Assembly (NCBI RefSeq): GCF_028641065.1
Contig: NC_073406.1
Location: 8,184,001-8,248,000 of the forward strand
DNA from: Leucoraja erinacea
Taxonomy: Eukaryota
Direction: 5' to 3'
DNA length: 64,000 bases
Positions 1 to 12,455 of this stretch are shown piece by piece. Every line of letters starts with the position of its first letter. The stretch's first letter is position 1. The position numbers and the translations under genes were made by a program. The notes under the pieces were generated by a model that saw only the letters and a list, made by a program, of their open reading frames with translations, made no database searches and was not told the origin of the DNA.

Positions 1-694
1 ATTTCAGGCTGTAATTCATTCATTGTCCTTTTGTGTTTGCACCATGCATTTCGATTCGAGCATCGAGATATATATAAGTACATGCTGAGTTAATATAATG
101 ATGTCAAGTTAGTTAAATGCTCTGCAGTGAGTTCTGGTAAACAGAGGAGAGACTATGACATTATCAGCATTGCAGCGCACTGCACTGCAGACAAGCAGAA
201 CAACAGCTTGTCGGCTCCACATTAAAAAAAATCAACCCATGCTAAGCGAGCCTCATCCTCTCCTTGACATTTCTCAGTGTATCACAATTATACATTTATT
301 GTTTGGCCAAACTGTTCTCGTGCATCCTTGCTGCTTTTATCCAGCCTGAGTTCTCTGGAACGTGCATTTGCTCATCAGATTGACCCAGATTCCAGAGATT
401 CCAAGATACTCTTGTTTGTATGACCAACACTTCAATTCTCCAGGTTAACCTGAACACACCTGACAGAAACTAAACCCGGGAGAAAAAGTATCGGCACGAG
501 AAAAAAAATGATTATTTTTCATTTTCTTTGAGGACTTCCCTTAATACATTTTTTAAAACCATCAAAGGCACGAAAGGGAAAATGACTATTGGATCGATCT
601 GGGCAGTTGGTTGTGTAATGACACATTCGGGAATATATCCAAGCTGGCAACCCATGGACAAAGTGAGGAAAAAGCCAGGACAAGTTGGGATTGG

Positions 695-845
695 CAAATC
701 AACGTTCATACTGCTAGGTTGTAAGCTACCCAAGTGTAATACGAGCGGCTCTTCCCCCAACTTGCATGTGGCTTTATACTCTGGCAATGGAGGAGGCCCA
801 GCACAGAACGGTCAGTATGGGAAGGGGAATTAAAGTTGTTGGCAC
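695..845 (-). mobile_element. Penelope-like element fragment, C-terminus of GIY-YIG endonuclease (frameshifted)
   Basis: Two minus-strand frames give FNSPSHTDRSVLGLLHCQS and KLGEEPLVLHLGSLQPSSMNVD, resembling the PLE GIY-YIG tail (E..LIF.LG.L.P.GMN). Confidence 0.7.
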
Positions 846-936
846 TGATGAAGCCCAATGTATCAAAAGCCTTCTTGGCCACCCACAAAGAATAGTGAAA
901 GTTTTTCAACTGAGACTGATAATTTTTCCTTCAGCA

Positions 937-999
937 AGTCTGGAGTATTGTGTGCAGTTTTGGTCCCCTAATTTGAGGAAGGACATTCTTGCTATTGAG
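937..999 (+). mobile_element. CR1 LINE ORF2 fragment
   Basis: Encodes LEYCVQFWSP, a CR1 ORF2 C-terminal motif. Confidence 0.8.
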
Positions 1000-1250
1000 G
1001 TAGAATCCCCATCAAAAATCCTTTCTCCACTGCCATATAACACCTGCGTTACGATATTTTTTTTCTCGCTGGGAGGAAGTACACTGCAGTCTAAATGTGT
1101 GATGGGGAGAATGTTGTATGGTTTAGCAGCAGTCGTTGGGTGGTTCTTCATCAAAGGGAGGAAAAGGGGCTTCTGATGGAATACGTTACCGATATTTTTT
1201 TGTGGCAAGATTGTCTCCAGGAATTAAAGGAATTAAAAGGGATTGCCTCC

Positions 1251-1468
1251 AGGAACTCTCTGCCGCAGAAGGTAGTTGAGGCCAGTTGATTGGCTATATT
1301 TAAGAGGGAGTTGAATGTGGCCCTTGTGGCTAAAGGGAAACAGGGGGTAAGGAGAGAAGGCAGGTATGGGATACTGAGTTAGATGATCAGCCATGATCAT
1401 ATTGAATGGCGGCGCAGGCTCGAAGGCCCGGATGGCCTACTCCTGCACCTATTTTCTATGTTTCTATG
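1251..1468 (+). mobile_element. Young CR1/HER1-type LINE 3' end
   Basis: Encodes NSLPQKVVEA and has a (TTTCTATG)n tail; near-identical to inverted copies at 12456, 16731, 20548 and 39055. Confidence 0.85.
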
Positions 1469-2537
1469 ATAGTCTTCCAGTCATTGTACAATGCATGCAA
1501 AGTGGTGCGGAGAATGGAAATGTTCACCAGCTCTGGCACGAGTGTAGGAACGTGACTGCTGCGGATCAACCCAATCAAACCTCCTGGGCTTGGGCAATTA
1601 GAGCTGGCACCAGCCCGCACTGGTGCTGTGCCAATGGGGTGGAGTGCAGCAGAAGCACCATTTCCTGGTGTGCACGTATCCATCAGGGGGAGGGGGGCAG
1701 AGCAGTAACAGCACTCACAATCTGATGCCACTTAGCATTGATCCAGAGAGGAATTCGTAGTGGGTGGTGGTGCACTGTGACTGCACTGTAAATCTTTATC
1801 TCATCCAGATGTTTGACTGGGGTGTGAATCGCTCTATAATGCAGATTGACATTTATACAACATCTTTTACAAGGTCCAGATGTCTTAATTTGTATTGATT
1901 GAATACACTAATTGTTGAATTAGTGCCATTGTTGTGCTGTGGGAAATACAGAACCTATTGTTCACAACAAACATTCACACCAGCAATGGGATTATGACCA
2001 GAAAGTTATTGATTTTTGCCCTGTGGTAATGATGGGCTAGTGATCCAGAGAGGACTCTCCTCCCTGATTTTCTTTGGATACTAACGAGCATGGGGCCGTT
2101 TACGTTCATTATTTCTGGCCGTCAGGATTTCGGAGAGTGCGGCATTCTCTCAAATCCGTAATGGAGTGTCAACCTAAATTATAAACTCACAATTCTAAAT
2201 TATAATCTCAATGTTCTATGAGCTTGAACCTTCTGACGAGCTCTCCCTCGCCACAGTTGCTACCTAACCTGCCGAATGGTTCCGGGATATTCTGATGGTG
2301 CTTCAGAATTCCAGCATTGCTATGTTTAGCTGTCGGCTGCATGATCTAATGCCAAGAGACAGGAATACCACCTTTTGAGCCAGGACATGCTATCTATGAT
2401 AACAAGAGGCTTAAAATTGTGTGTGGAAATCTGGAATTGAAGGTGACAATTCAAGCAAAGCCCTTGTAAATCTACAGGTACACAGAGAGGAGGGGGGGAG
2501 GGATTTTGCATAGCACTAGTTCCACTGAAAATAACGT

Positions 2538-2769
2538 TCATAAGATTATGTAATAGCAGCTGAATTAGGCTATTCGTCCCATTAAGTCTATTCCATCATT
2601 CAGTCATGGCTGATCTGTCTCTCCTAACCCCATTCTCCTGCCTTCTCCCCATATCCCTGACACCCTAACTAATCAAGAATCTATCTATCTCTGCTGTAAA
2701 AAAATGTCCCTTGACTTGGCCTCCACAACCTTCTGTGGCAACGAATTCCACAGATTCACCACCCTCTGA
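2538..2769 (-). mobile_element. CR1 LINE 3' end, second subfamily
   Basis: Shares ccccattctcctgccttctcccc and gaattccacagattcaccac blocks with the other CR1 tails. Confidence 0.75.
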
Positions 2770-3434
2770 AAGAAAGAAGTTAGACTAAAGGATAAGAAAT
2801 TAAAGAATGAGGAAAACACTCCCTTGTAACTATCTTGCGATTAAAACTTAACAACCTCCATTCTGAGGTCTCTCCTCCGTCTTAGATTGTGCTTAGTTTT
2901 TTGACACACAAAAATATTTGTGAAATTTTCTTCCCACCGTTAACTCCAACCATGGCCACCAACTCCAATCTGGGATTTGGGAATTGGTGACATTTACTGC
3001 TCAGGCCGACTTCCCCATAGAAGTTGATGGTGATAACTGGGCCCTGCTAGATCACGTCGGAAGCCATTTAAGAGTTAACCATATTACTGTGTGTTTGGTG
3101 TTATATATGGGCTTAGATCCATAAAAGTTGGAATGGTTCTTTCCAATTAGTGAACTTGAATTTTTCCAAGTGATCCGACTAAGCATGGTACCATTAACCT
3201 GGTTTAAATCTAATCACATTTATCAACTGGCAATTGACTATAATAAGATTAAAAACTATTGTATCGGGATTGTTGCCCTCGTTTTTTTGATTCCTAGTCC
3301 TGTATGCCTTTATGTCACCATATTCTGAAAGAGAGTTCGTCACTTATTTCCGACATCAGCAATCCTGATCCCTGGATTATTCATTGTGAGCGCTACAGTG
3401 TCGTGGAATTGTACCTCCTCTTTTCATTTTCCAG

Positions 3435-3583
3435 ACAACCAATTCAGGATGTCCATCTTGGAGCGCCTGGAGCAGATGGAGAGGCGAATGTCGGAGATGG
3501 GATCTCACCAACACCACCAGCAGACTGGAGGGGGAGGATTGGGAGGAGGAAATGGAGGAGGGGGTGGCAACAATCAGGCGCAG
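3435..3583 (+). CDS. CAMTA1: CAMTA1 coding exon (D)NQFRMSILERLEQMERR...GGGNNQAQ
   Basis: Acceptor ttttcattttccag|AC, donor CAG|gtatgg; phase 1 in, phase 0 out; includes a Gly-rich linker. Confidence 0.95.
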
Positions 3584-3724
3584 GTATGGTACTTTGTAAA
3601 ATCCTTGCGCGCTGAAAACTACCGGATACCCATTGCCTATGTGTGAAACGCAAAACCCATTCGCACAGTCCAAGTTCACGGACAGTCAGATAATGACCAT
3701 TAAAGTTTAGATGTTAATCCAGGG

Positions 3725-3884
3725 ATATTTAAAAATAAATTGGATAGTTATATGGACGGGAAAGGAATGGAGGGTTAAGGTCTGAGCGCAGGTATATGGG
3801 ACTAGGGGAGAATACGTGTTCGGCATGGACTAGAAGGGTCGAGATGGCCTGTTTCCGTGCTGTAATTGTTATATGGTTTATATA
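3725..3884 (+). mobile_element. CR1 LINE 3' end
   Basis: ggcctgtttccgtgctgta 3' motif with a (GTTATAT)-type tail. Confidence 0.7.
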
Positions 3885-4751
3885 GGTACATCCATGAAAC
3901 AATGAAAAGTCCACTGCTTGTTTTAAATATATAACATAATAACACACATTCATCCGTAATAGATTGCTCCGTTTTTTACAGCAAAACTAGACACTGAGCA
4001 CAGAAAAGCTTGATCGAAGGGTTAAATAAATCTAAAGCAATTGAGATACTTGGGAGAGGAAGTACAGAGCTTCGTACCAAGTCAATTGAAGGCATAAGTG
4101 CCAAGATAGAGTCCTGAGAATTAAGACCGTCAACTGGGCAGAAAAGGAGGAGCGATGAAAATCTTGAAGAGATGTGGAGCTGGAAAAGAGAGGGGAGGGG
4201 CAAAGAACTTAAATAATCAATTTATGAACCTTTTGTAGGTCAGAAAACACATGATTGATAACCTGACATGGTGTAAGGCCACTGTTATTATAAAGATTAC
4301 AAATCAACAGACAGCACATTATTAGGTGAGTTCAGGTTTATGAAGGAGGTTTGGCCAGTTGCAGTGTCCAGCCTAGGGGTGGCTGATGGTGAGCAGAGAT
4401 CTCAGCAGCTGGTGAGCTGAGGCAAGGGAGGTGTCCGGTAATACAGCAGAGATTGAAGGGGTCATTCTTTCCTGTGGAGTACGCTTGCCCTTAAAAATCT
4501 CATCTCAAGAACTCATGCAAAGAGTGTGCACATACGTCTGTAGATACAGTGAAATGCAATGAACGGGAAGCTTATGTAAGGTGTAGGTGCAGTGAAATGT
4601 TATGATGGGGAGATACAAAGGGCCTTCTCCTTAAGTTGGATGGCCAGTTGATGGCACTGCATGTAAGTCATTGTTGTTGTCCATTTGAGCCTCGTGCAGA
4701 GGCATGCAACCCGGACTGATGCAAGTTTGTGTTCGTTGCCTGGTTGTGCAG

Positions 4752-4942
4752 TGTGCGTCTAGGGTGGCCAGCTGTTCCTTTGAGAGCCGCGTGGTGTTGG
4801 TTTGCGAGAAGATGATGAGTCGCGCCTGCTGGGTGAAATCCAAGCACCTCATTCATTCCAAGACCTTCCGGGGAATGACCCTCTTGCACCTGGCGGCGGC
4901 TCAAGGCTACGCTACGTTGATCCAGACCCTCATCAAATGGCG
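4752..4942 (+). CDS. CAMTA1: CAMTA1 coding exon CASRVASCSFESRVV...TLIKW(R), first ankyrin repeat
   Basis: Acceptor tgtgcag|TGT, donor CG|gtgagt; ankyrin motif GMTLLHLAAAQG. Confidence 0.95.
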
Positions 4943-5379
4943 GTGAGTATTGGCCAAGATCAAGGACTCTCCTTTCACGTGCATGATCTTGTGTTGGGTT
5001 CTGTTTTTGTTTTGGTTCATTGTCACGGGCATGTTTACCTCTTGACGAGTTGGCTTGGGCGACAATAGGGGCTGTTCAGGAACTATAGCAGGACCTTTCT
5101 TCCACGTTATAAAACCTACTGTTTAGCCAACTGGCAACGTGGCAGTGCACATAATGTCCAGATAAAGGGGTTTGTACCAGGGAATCAGTGCGGCACCCAG
5201 TTTACAGCCTGCAGTTACAACAGAAAAATCCAAGCAGGGAAAGTTGATCCGGACAGGCTCTGAATTTAGTTCACTTTTTAATCTGTTTTGGGGGTTTCAA
5301 TGACGATGAGAAAAGGAAGGCTGGCAGGTTTGTATCTTAGGCAGTGAATCCACGATGCCAATTTAAAACACAAGCATAA

Positions 5380-5605
5380 TGCCCCTGTTACACTATGGAA
5401 ACCTGAACGGAAACCTCTGGAGACTTTGCGCCCCACCCGAGGTTTCCGTGCGGTTCCCGGAGGTTTTTGTCAGTCTCCCTACCTGCTTCCACTACCTGCA
5501 ACCTCTGGCAACCACCTGCAACCTCCGGGAACCGCACGGAAACCTTGGATGGGGCGCAAAGTCTCCAGAGGTTTCCGTCCAGGTTTCCTAAGTGGGACAG
5601 TGGGA
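5380..5605. mobile_element. Harbinger-type MITE with long inverted arms
   Basis: TGCCCCTGTTACACT...AGTGGGACAGTGGGA flanked by TAA on both sides; arms of about 85 nt are complementary. Confidence 0.75.
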
Positions 5606-5948
5606 TAATAATAGCATCCCTTCCATGGTGAGTCTGGAAAGGCTTGTGACTGCCACGTGGACTTGTGAGCGGTGGGCTGGCGGAGGTGGGTGGTGGTGGT
5701 AACCCCTGGGGGTTCCAAAAGTTCAGAGTCCTTGGGCAGTAATGCAGAGATGTGAGTAGTTTGTCAAGAGTGAGAATGGAGAGAATTTGCTGCGGTAAAT
5801 GAAGGAACCCACAGGGAGGGAGGGAGGGGTGCAGTCAGTGGCAATTAATATCAGCTCCACTCGTGTCTCCAACATGAGTTACTCTCCATCAGTATCCTGG
5901 AGGCATCTTGACCAAATTCCCTCTGGACCAGCCACATATAAACTGTAG

Positions 5949-6132
5949 GTACACAAAAATGCTGGAGAAACTCAGCGGGTGCAGCAGCATCTATGGAGCG
6001 AAGGAAATAGGCAACGTTTCGGGACGAAACGTTGCCTATTTCCTTCGCTCCATAGATGCTGCTGCACCCGCTGAGTTTCGCCAGCATTTTTGTGTACCTT
6101 CCATTTTCCAGCATCTGCAGTTCCTTCTTAAA
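5949..6132. mobile_element. Penelope-derived foldback element, young subfamily
   Basis: 75-nt inverted arms (5947-6021 and 6025-6099, 1 mismatch) with a 3-nt loop; flanking direct repeat cacatataaactgtag. Confidence 0.8.
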
Positions 6133-6148
6133 CACATATAAACTGTAG

Positions 6149-6358
6149 ATAGACACAAAAAGCTGGAGTGATTCAGCGGGACAGGCAGCAACGCTCGAGA
6201 GAAGGAACGGGTGACGTTTTTCGGGTCGTGACCCCTTCTAAGGGACTTGACCCGAAACGTCACCCATTCTTTCTCTCACGGAGATGCTGCCTGTCCCACT
6301 GAGTTACTCCAGTTTTTTGTGTCCTCGGGTATTAGCCAGCATCTGCAGTTCCTACCTA
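6149..6358. mobile_element. Penelope-derived foldback element, older subfamily
   Basis: Inverted arms meeting at degenerate hammerhead halves (gacccgaaacgtcacc). Confidence 0.75.
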
Positions 6359-7221
6359 CACATATAGACTTGCTGAAAAAACGAATGGCTCTCCTCCTGA
6401 AACTCCAAAGCTTTCTCAGTATCGATGGAATACTGTTCGCCTGAGAGTGACTGTCGCTGTACAGAAATGAATTTCATTGTACCTCAGTACACATGACAAA
6501 TAAAGTACCACACCTTCCCGAATGACTGCAGCTCCAACAACTCATAAGAGGTTCAACACCACTCTTGCCAAGGCAACACAGTCCCCTGTCCTAAACATCC
6601 ATGCTCTACACCACCTCTTCACGGTGATTGCTATTGCTTGTACCGTCTACTCTGACAGTACCGTCTCATCTCACACCACCATCACCAAGAAGGCTAAAGG
6701 ATAGAAAATATATGGAAATACCAGCACCTGTAGGCTCCCCTCCATCGTGACTTTGAAATATACCGCCTGTTCTTCATTATCTCTGAGTCAAAATCCTGAC
6801 ACTGCCTTCCCAACGTCACTGTGGGACTACCTTTACCAAAGACTCTGCAACAGTTTAACCTGTTCACTGCCAAGTTTCCTTTTCACTATTGTCCATGGCC
6901 CGCCTATACTCAGGGGTGACACTGAACTGGTTAAGAAACATTCTCCAGGTAATTCATGGATGGGCGGTAATTGCTGGCTTGACAAGTGATTTTTTTTAGA
7001 TGCGTAGAAGTTAACAAATAAAGAAATAGAGAGACATGGGCACAGAGAAAGAGAGTTGGTGGATGAGAAGCTGACGGGAAAGAAGCAAGGTATTCAGATG
7101 GCAGGGTTTTACATTTCCTGCTCCGGGGGGAGATGTTGGGGAAATGATCCACGGATGAATCCTTCACCCTCCAGCACGTTGCAAACTGCTTCACCAGAAG
7201 TTTGTATGTGTCCTTCCACAG

Positions 7222-7300
7222 CACAAAGCACGCAGATAGTATTGATCTAGAGTTGGAGGTGGATCCGCTGAATGTCGATCATTTCTCCTGCACGCCTCTG
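7222..7300 (+). CDS. CAMTA1: CAMTA1 coding exon TKHADSIDLELEVDPLNVDHFSCTPL
   Basis: Acceptor ccttccacag|C, donor CTG|gtaagt; phase 2 matches the previous exon. Confidence 0.96.
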
Positions 7301-7854
7301 GTAAGTGAAGTTCCAACTCTGTTCAGCGAATGTTTACAAAAGCATTCTGCAAACTGTAATGATGGTCCACTCTGCAGCAGGGCTTCGTGTTTGAAGAGGT
7401 TTTGAATTTTGGCTTCGAGCATTGGCTTCCAATCCAGCAAGCATTGGTGTTTAAAATTCTCAATTCTTTACAAATCTTGCCCTTTCTTCTCATTCCACCA
7501 GCCATCCATCCACAGAGATCGACCCATCCTCCAATTCAGACCTCGTAAAATTGCTCTCCCATAAAGGTCTGGAATTGCACCCCTAAACCTCTCTACCTCT
7601 GCCTCCATTTTTGAGATGCCCATTAGCACCTTCCCCTTGCAGTTTTTGGTCGTCTGTCCTGATCTCTCCCTGTGTGACAGTCACTATTTCTCTTGACAAC
7701 AGTCTGGTTAAGCACCGTGGGACTTTTTAAAACTATTTTAAAGGCACTATATAAAAGTATTGTTGTTGTTCCCTTTACATGGTGCAGAGTTTCCTCCCTA
7801 CAAGGGCTCCTGGATCTGTGGAGCCTACTGGCCACATACATACCAAATAAGTTT

Positions 7855-7980
7855 GTAAGTAATAAGAGCAGATTTTGACCATTCGGCTCATCAAGTCCAA
7901 CACCGCCATTCAATCATGGCTGATCTATCTCTCCCTCCTAACCCCATTCTCCTGCCTTCTCCCCATAACCCCTGACGCCC
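7855..7980 (-). mobile_element. CR1 LINE 3' tail fragment
   Basis: Matches the copies at 2538 and 28815. Confidence 0.7.
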
Positions 7981-8302
7981 AAAATGCCAAACTGCTGGGA
8001 AACATTGGAAATGCAGCATTGAGCTTGGGGAAGTCGGGGCAGAGATACATTTGTCCCATTGTAAGCTGAACTTTCAGCAGCTGGTAACAACGATAAATGC
8101 TACACTGTGAAATACCTTCATGTGGAGTCAGGGCTCTGTAAGAAAAGGATGAGCCTGTGCTTTTTTTTAGCTTTGCCACCTCAGACAGGGATGTTTCAGC
8201 CTGTCCACACTGGAGGAAACAGTGTTACAAATTAAAACCATCTTTATTTTGCATTGTTCAGTCTGCAAGAATGAATGTCAAATAACGTGTTTCTTTAACT
8301 AG

Positions 8303-8621
8303 ATGTGGGCCTGCGCTTTGGGGCACACTGAAGCAGCAGTCGTACTATACAAGTGGGATAATCGAGCCCTCTCCATCCCGGACTCACTGGGCCGTTTGCC
8401 TCTGACAATCGCCCGCTCCAGGGGGCACGTGAAGCTGGCAGAGTACCTGGAAGAACTTCAGAGGGAGGACGAATCACAGATCGCTGGCCTCCCTCAAACC
8501 CCCGGGATGGTTTGCTCCCCCGCTGAAAAATCAGCGAGTGACGGCTGGATGGGACAGTGGAACAATGGCAGCAACAGCAGCCAGGAGTCTCAGAAGAGTG
8601 TCAGCACATCGTCCACTACAG
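8303..8621 (+). CDS. CAMTA1: CAMTA1 coding exon MWACALGH...SSTT, ankyrin repeats
   Basis: Acceptor ttctttaactag|ATG; donor ACAG|gtgcat gives phase 1, matching the next exon. The rest of ORF 8303..9070 is intron read-through. Confidence 0.92.
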
Positions 8622-8660
8622 GTGCATTGACTCACTCCTTCACTCCTTCAGTCACTATTT

Positions 8661-8680
8661 TGTGTGTGTGTGTGTGTGTG
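8661..8680 (+). repeat. (TG)10 microsatellite
   Basis: Directly visible. Confidence 0.95.
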
Positions 8681-10836
8681 TTGTGGTCTCTGTCCCAGCC
8701 AATTTTGTGGCCATCAAACTCTGGATATGTTCAATCTGGGCAATGGTACAACTCTATTTTAAGCTCCCTGTGTGAGCAACAGATGATCCTTGGTGCGATG
8801 AGATGCAAAGCAAATCTCATTCAACAGTGTTTCATCAAAAATTACAATGCCAGGTTTAGCTACAGAGCAAAGCTTATTCTTCTCACCACAATGACCATAC
8901 ATTATGGTCACTTGTATCCAACTTGGTGCAGTGAAATTTGGAAGGGCACACACACAGATCCATCTTTTCTGGACCATCAAACACTTCCAATGCAGTCAGC
9001 ACAGCTGACATACAGTGAAGTCCCATCTATATTATCCACTGATCTCTTTTATAATTTAGATATGGAATAAAGGTTTCTTTTTTTAATTAATTTTATTTAT
9101 TTCTTTTTTTTTATTTTATTAGAAGCAATTGTACAAGAATAAAACATTCGGCTTCTATTAATTATACAATTAATTTACAGCTTCATTGTTAACCTTATAA
9201 CCTAAATTGGGGGGGGGAAAGGAAAAAAGGAAACAAATGGAAAGCAAGAATAGAAGAGAGGAAAAAATGAAGGGATAAAATAGAAAAGAACAAGAGAAAG
9301 ACCCTCCAAGCTACCAAAGCAGTGCAGCAGAAGGAAAGAGGTATAAGAATAGATGGAGATATACCTTGACGTTATATGTTCCTCAACGCCATTCTGAATG
9401 CTCCTCCTTCAGTTTGACCAAACCTGGGCAGGGATCTCTCACGAGTCGATAGTGATGTTACATTTTTTTTGAAAAGGAGGCTTTGACAGCCAGCATCTTT
9501 GAATTGGTTCCTCTGTCTACCTGGAAATCTCTTCCCGGGCCAGTGGTCGGTTTGCTTACTTTGGGAGTCTGTTGTTGAGTATGCAAATGACCTGGTCTGC
9601 TGATCAAAGCTAACTAAATATAGTTACAGCCTTAAAAATACAAAATAAAACTACAGATACCAGAAATCTAAAATGAAAACTGAAAATGCAGGAAACATTC
9701 AGCAGGTCAGGCAGCATCCGTGGAGAGAGAGAGAGAGAGAGGTAAGAGAGCTTTCGGCACAAGGGTGCCTGATCTGCTGAGTGGTTCCAGCATTTTCTGG
9801 TCTAATCATATTTAGAACCCCATTGCTGAGTGCATTGGCCTGGGAAAGGTTGCTGATATTGGTAAGCTTATCCTGCCAGGGATTTGCAGGATTTTTGTGT
9901 CTCAGTCTCTTGAGAGTGATTTCTTCCTGTACTGATGTTGTCAAGTTAGAAATGGTCCAGCGAGGATTTACGAGGATGTCGCCAGGACCCGAGGGTCTGA
10001 GCTCCAGGGAGAGGTTGAGCAGGCTTAATTGGGCTAGCAATAACTGCTTGATATGCCAGTTAAACTTTTGAAAAAGTTTTTAGAAAGTATATGAGCAGCC
10101 ATTTTGAAAGGCATGACAGGAACTCCATTGGCGAGGAGCATGGTGGAACTGCCGGAGAGGCCCAATGTCCTATTCCTTAATTTCCATGAGTTCTGTATGC
10201 TATATGATTTGTGGTGGGGTTTTTCCTCTTTTCACTATCCACTGGGCAGGCGATATATCCCACATGCTCCACAGAGGCAGACGCATCTTCTAAATTGATT
10301 AAGTGCAGTGATTTATTGGTATTGGTTAATTATTATCACATACATACCGATATGTGAAAACCATTGTTTGCGTGCGATTCAGTCAAATGAGTACATTCAA
10401 GCCACACGCAAGTACAACTCGAGTGCAACATGACCAGTGTGGAGTTACAGCCACACAGAAAGTAGCAAAGAAGAAAAAGTGCAAGGTCAGCAATGAGGCA
10501 GGTTGGGAGATGGGGGGGGGGGCTACACCCATAGCTTCTGGGGAGGTCCATTCAGTAGTTTGATAACAGCAGGAAAGAAGCTTCCTGATTCTGGTGGTAC
10601 GCACTTTCAAGTGACCCACAGATAAATTTCAAAAAGGAAATTGGTAAATCCCCAGAGGATCAACTCGTGGGGATAAAAGCTGGACGCCGGGACTTATTGC
10701 TGCCGTGACCCGACTGTCATAATGGTCTCCCCCTATGTTGCATGATTCTGTGACTCTGTGTGAAACTCATTTGAGATGTATCCGGGAGATGTGATCTGGA
10801 GGTGTTCAAACACAAAACTTGCTTTCCCCCTATTAG

Positions 10837-11378
10837 ATCTCAGACGGCCAAGGTCGGAATCTCTCCAGTACCGTGGGAATGACAACCAGCGAGACCTTCC
10901 AGCTTCCAAGAAGCACAAGCTGAACACAGAGCACTTCCACGCCAGGCCAGACAAATCATCACCCCCTCCACTCAATCTCGAGCAGAAGGTCGCCACCAAG
11001 CTGAACTCCAGCCCGAAACAATCAAGCCCCGAGGCAGTCGATTCCGAAATGGAGAGGAAGAGTCCCAGGGAAACGTCCCACCATACCTCAGAATTCTCTT
11101 TGCCACTAGCCGCCGGATGCCGGAATGTCGGCAACCAGACGAGTCCAAAATGGAGCCAGAAGGAGATATACGTCAGTGTAGCAGCACAGACTTCAACAGG
11201 GCAGCCCGCGGTGATTAGGAAGGTGTCAAGTCTCAGTGCCAGTTCCATTCCAGCTCACAGGATACAACAGAAGCAAGACATCAGTGTTCTAATGTTATCG
11301 GAGAGAGAGATGATGGATGCAGAACTGTTATCATACAAGGAGAACGAGGAGTGTCTCCAACATATGGATGATTTGCAG
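10837..11378 (+). CDS. CAMTA1: CAMTA1 coding exon (D)LRRPRSE...PASKKHKL...MDDLQ
   Basis: Acceptor ttccccctattag|AT, donor CAG|gtggga; contains the basic cluster KKHKL. Confidence 0.93.
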
Positions 11379-12161
11379 GTGGGAGCAGCGGATGTAATAC
11401 CTTTCTTGTGTCGTGATCGTAAGAGCCATCGATGATGGAAACAGAGAATGTTTATCCAATTCATTCTTCATTTTCCTTGCCTTGTCTTGTCTCGGGGAGG
11501 TTCAGATTCTTGTTGTTGATTGCACTAGCGCAGTCACAAGGGGCTGATTCTCATGAACAAACTGACACAGAGTTTTGACAGATTACGGTGAAGGGACCGA
11601 TGTTTTGGTTCCTATTCTCTGCCCTGTCTGTACTTGTTGGAGGGCAAATGCTGGTGGCAGTTGCCGAGCCCAGGAAAGGTGGGGGGTTGGTGGGAACTGC
11701 ACTATTGCCAACAGTCCCTGTGCAGCAAATGGCAGGGTCAGATGTGGCATATCGCCTGTAATGCTAGGGTGAAATCCCCTTCTTTCTAACCCCACTCGTG
11801 AAGAATAGCTATTTGATCGAGGGCCAATTTAAAAAATGGTGGGATTGTCCTCAGTTGCAAGTCAGCAGTTTCAGAAGTAAATGGATGAGTGGGGTTCCAC
11901 CTGTTGTTTTGTGCTCGTTTTATCATCCATTCACAATGGTTTTGTTATATTGTAGATATTGACACAAAATGCAGAAAAGCACAAAATATAACAATGAACA
12001 CTAACAATATTCGGAACAACTTTCTGAAGAAAACAATGAAATGTTGTATAATCCATGCCCCTCCTTCTGCCTTCCTTAAAAGGTTTCCAACTAATAATTT
12101 AGAACAGTTGCATTGGACGTACTAAAAAAATATCTTCTTTTTTTTCCTTTTACTACTTTAG

Positions 12162-12349
12162 GCTAATATGATGTCCTTGGCTGAACAGATCATTGAAGCC
12201 ACACCAGACAGGATCAAGCAGGAAAACTTCATCCCGATGGAATTTTCACTGTCCGATCGAGGGGATGTCCCCAGTGTGAACACCACCTTAAGCTGGTTGG
12301 CCAGCTACCTGGCCGATGTGGACCATTTACCCAGCTTATCTCAGCTTCG
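12162..12349 (+). CDS. CAMTA1: CAMTA1 coding exon ANMMSLAEQIIEATPDRIKQENF...SQL(R)
   Basis: Long polypyrimidine tract ending tttag|GCT; donor CG|gtcagt. Confidence 0.95.
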
Positions 12350-12455
12350 GTCAGTTCCTCCGCGATCTTTATATCAGTATGGGTGAACCTGGCTGCAAGT
12401 CAAACATTTATTCCTCAAAACACGATTAAAAGTTGAGAATGGGTCAACGCAATAT

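Noticed and set aside
5947-6099. Long hairpin as a miRNA gene
   Set aside because: A multi-copy mobile element with TSDs; no recognisable miRNA sequence.
5933-6370. Three direct repeats with spacers resembling a CRISPR-like array
   Set aside because: Vertebrate intron; the repeats are target duplications and the spacers are retroelement copies; no cas genes.
8622-9070. C-terminal 150 aa of the 255-aa ORF 8303..9070
   Set aside because: CAMTA1 similarity stops at the donor at 8621; the remainder runs through a (TG)n repeat and is intron.
10733-11248. 171-aa antisense ORF (also 13687..14265 and 21405..21779)
   Set aside because: Shadow frames opposite CAMTA1 exons with no recognisable protein features.
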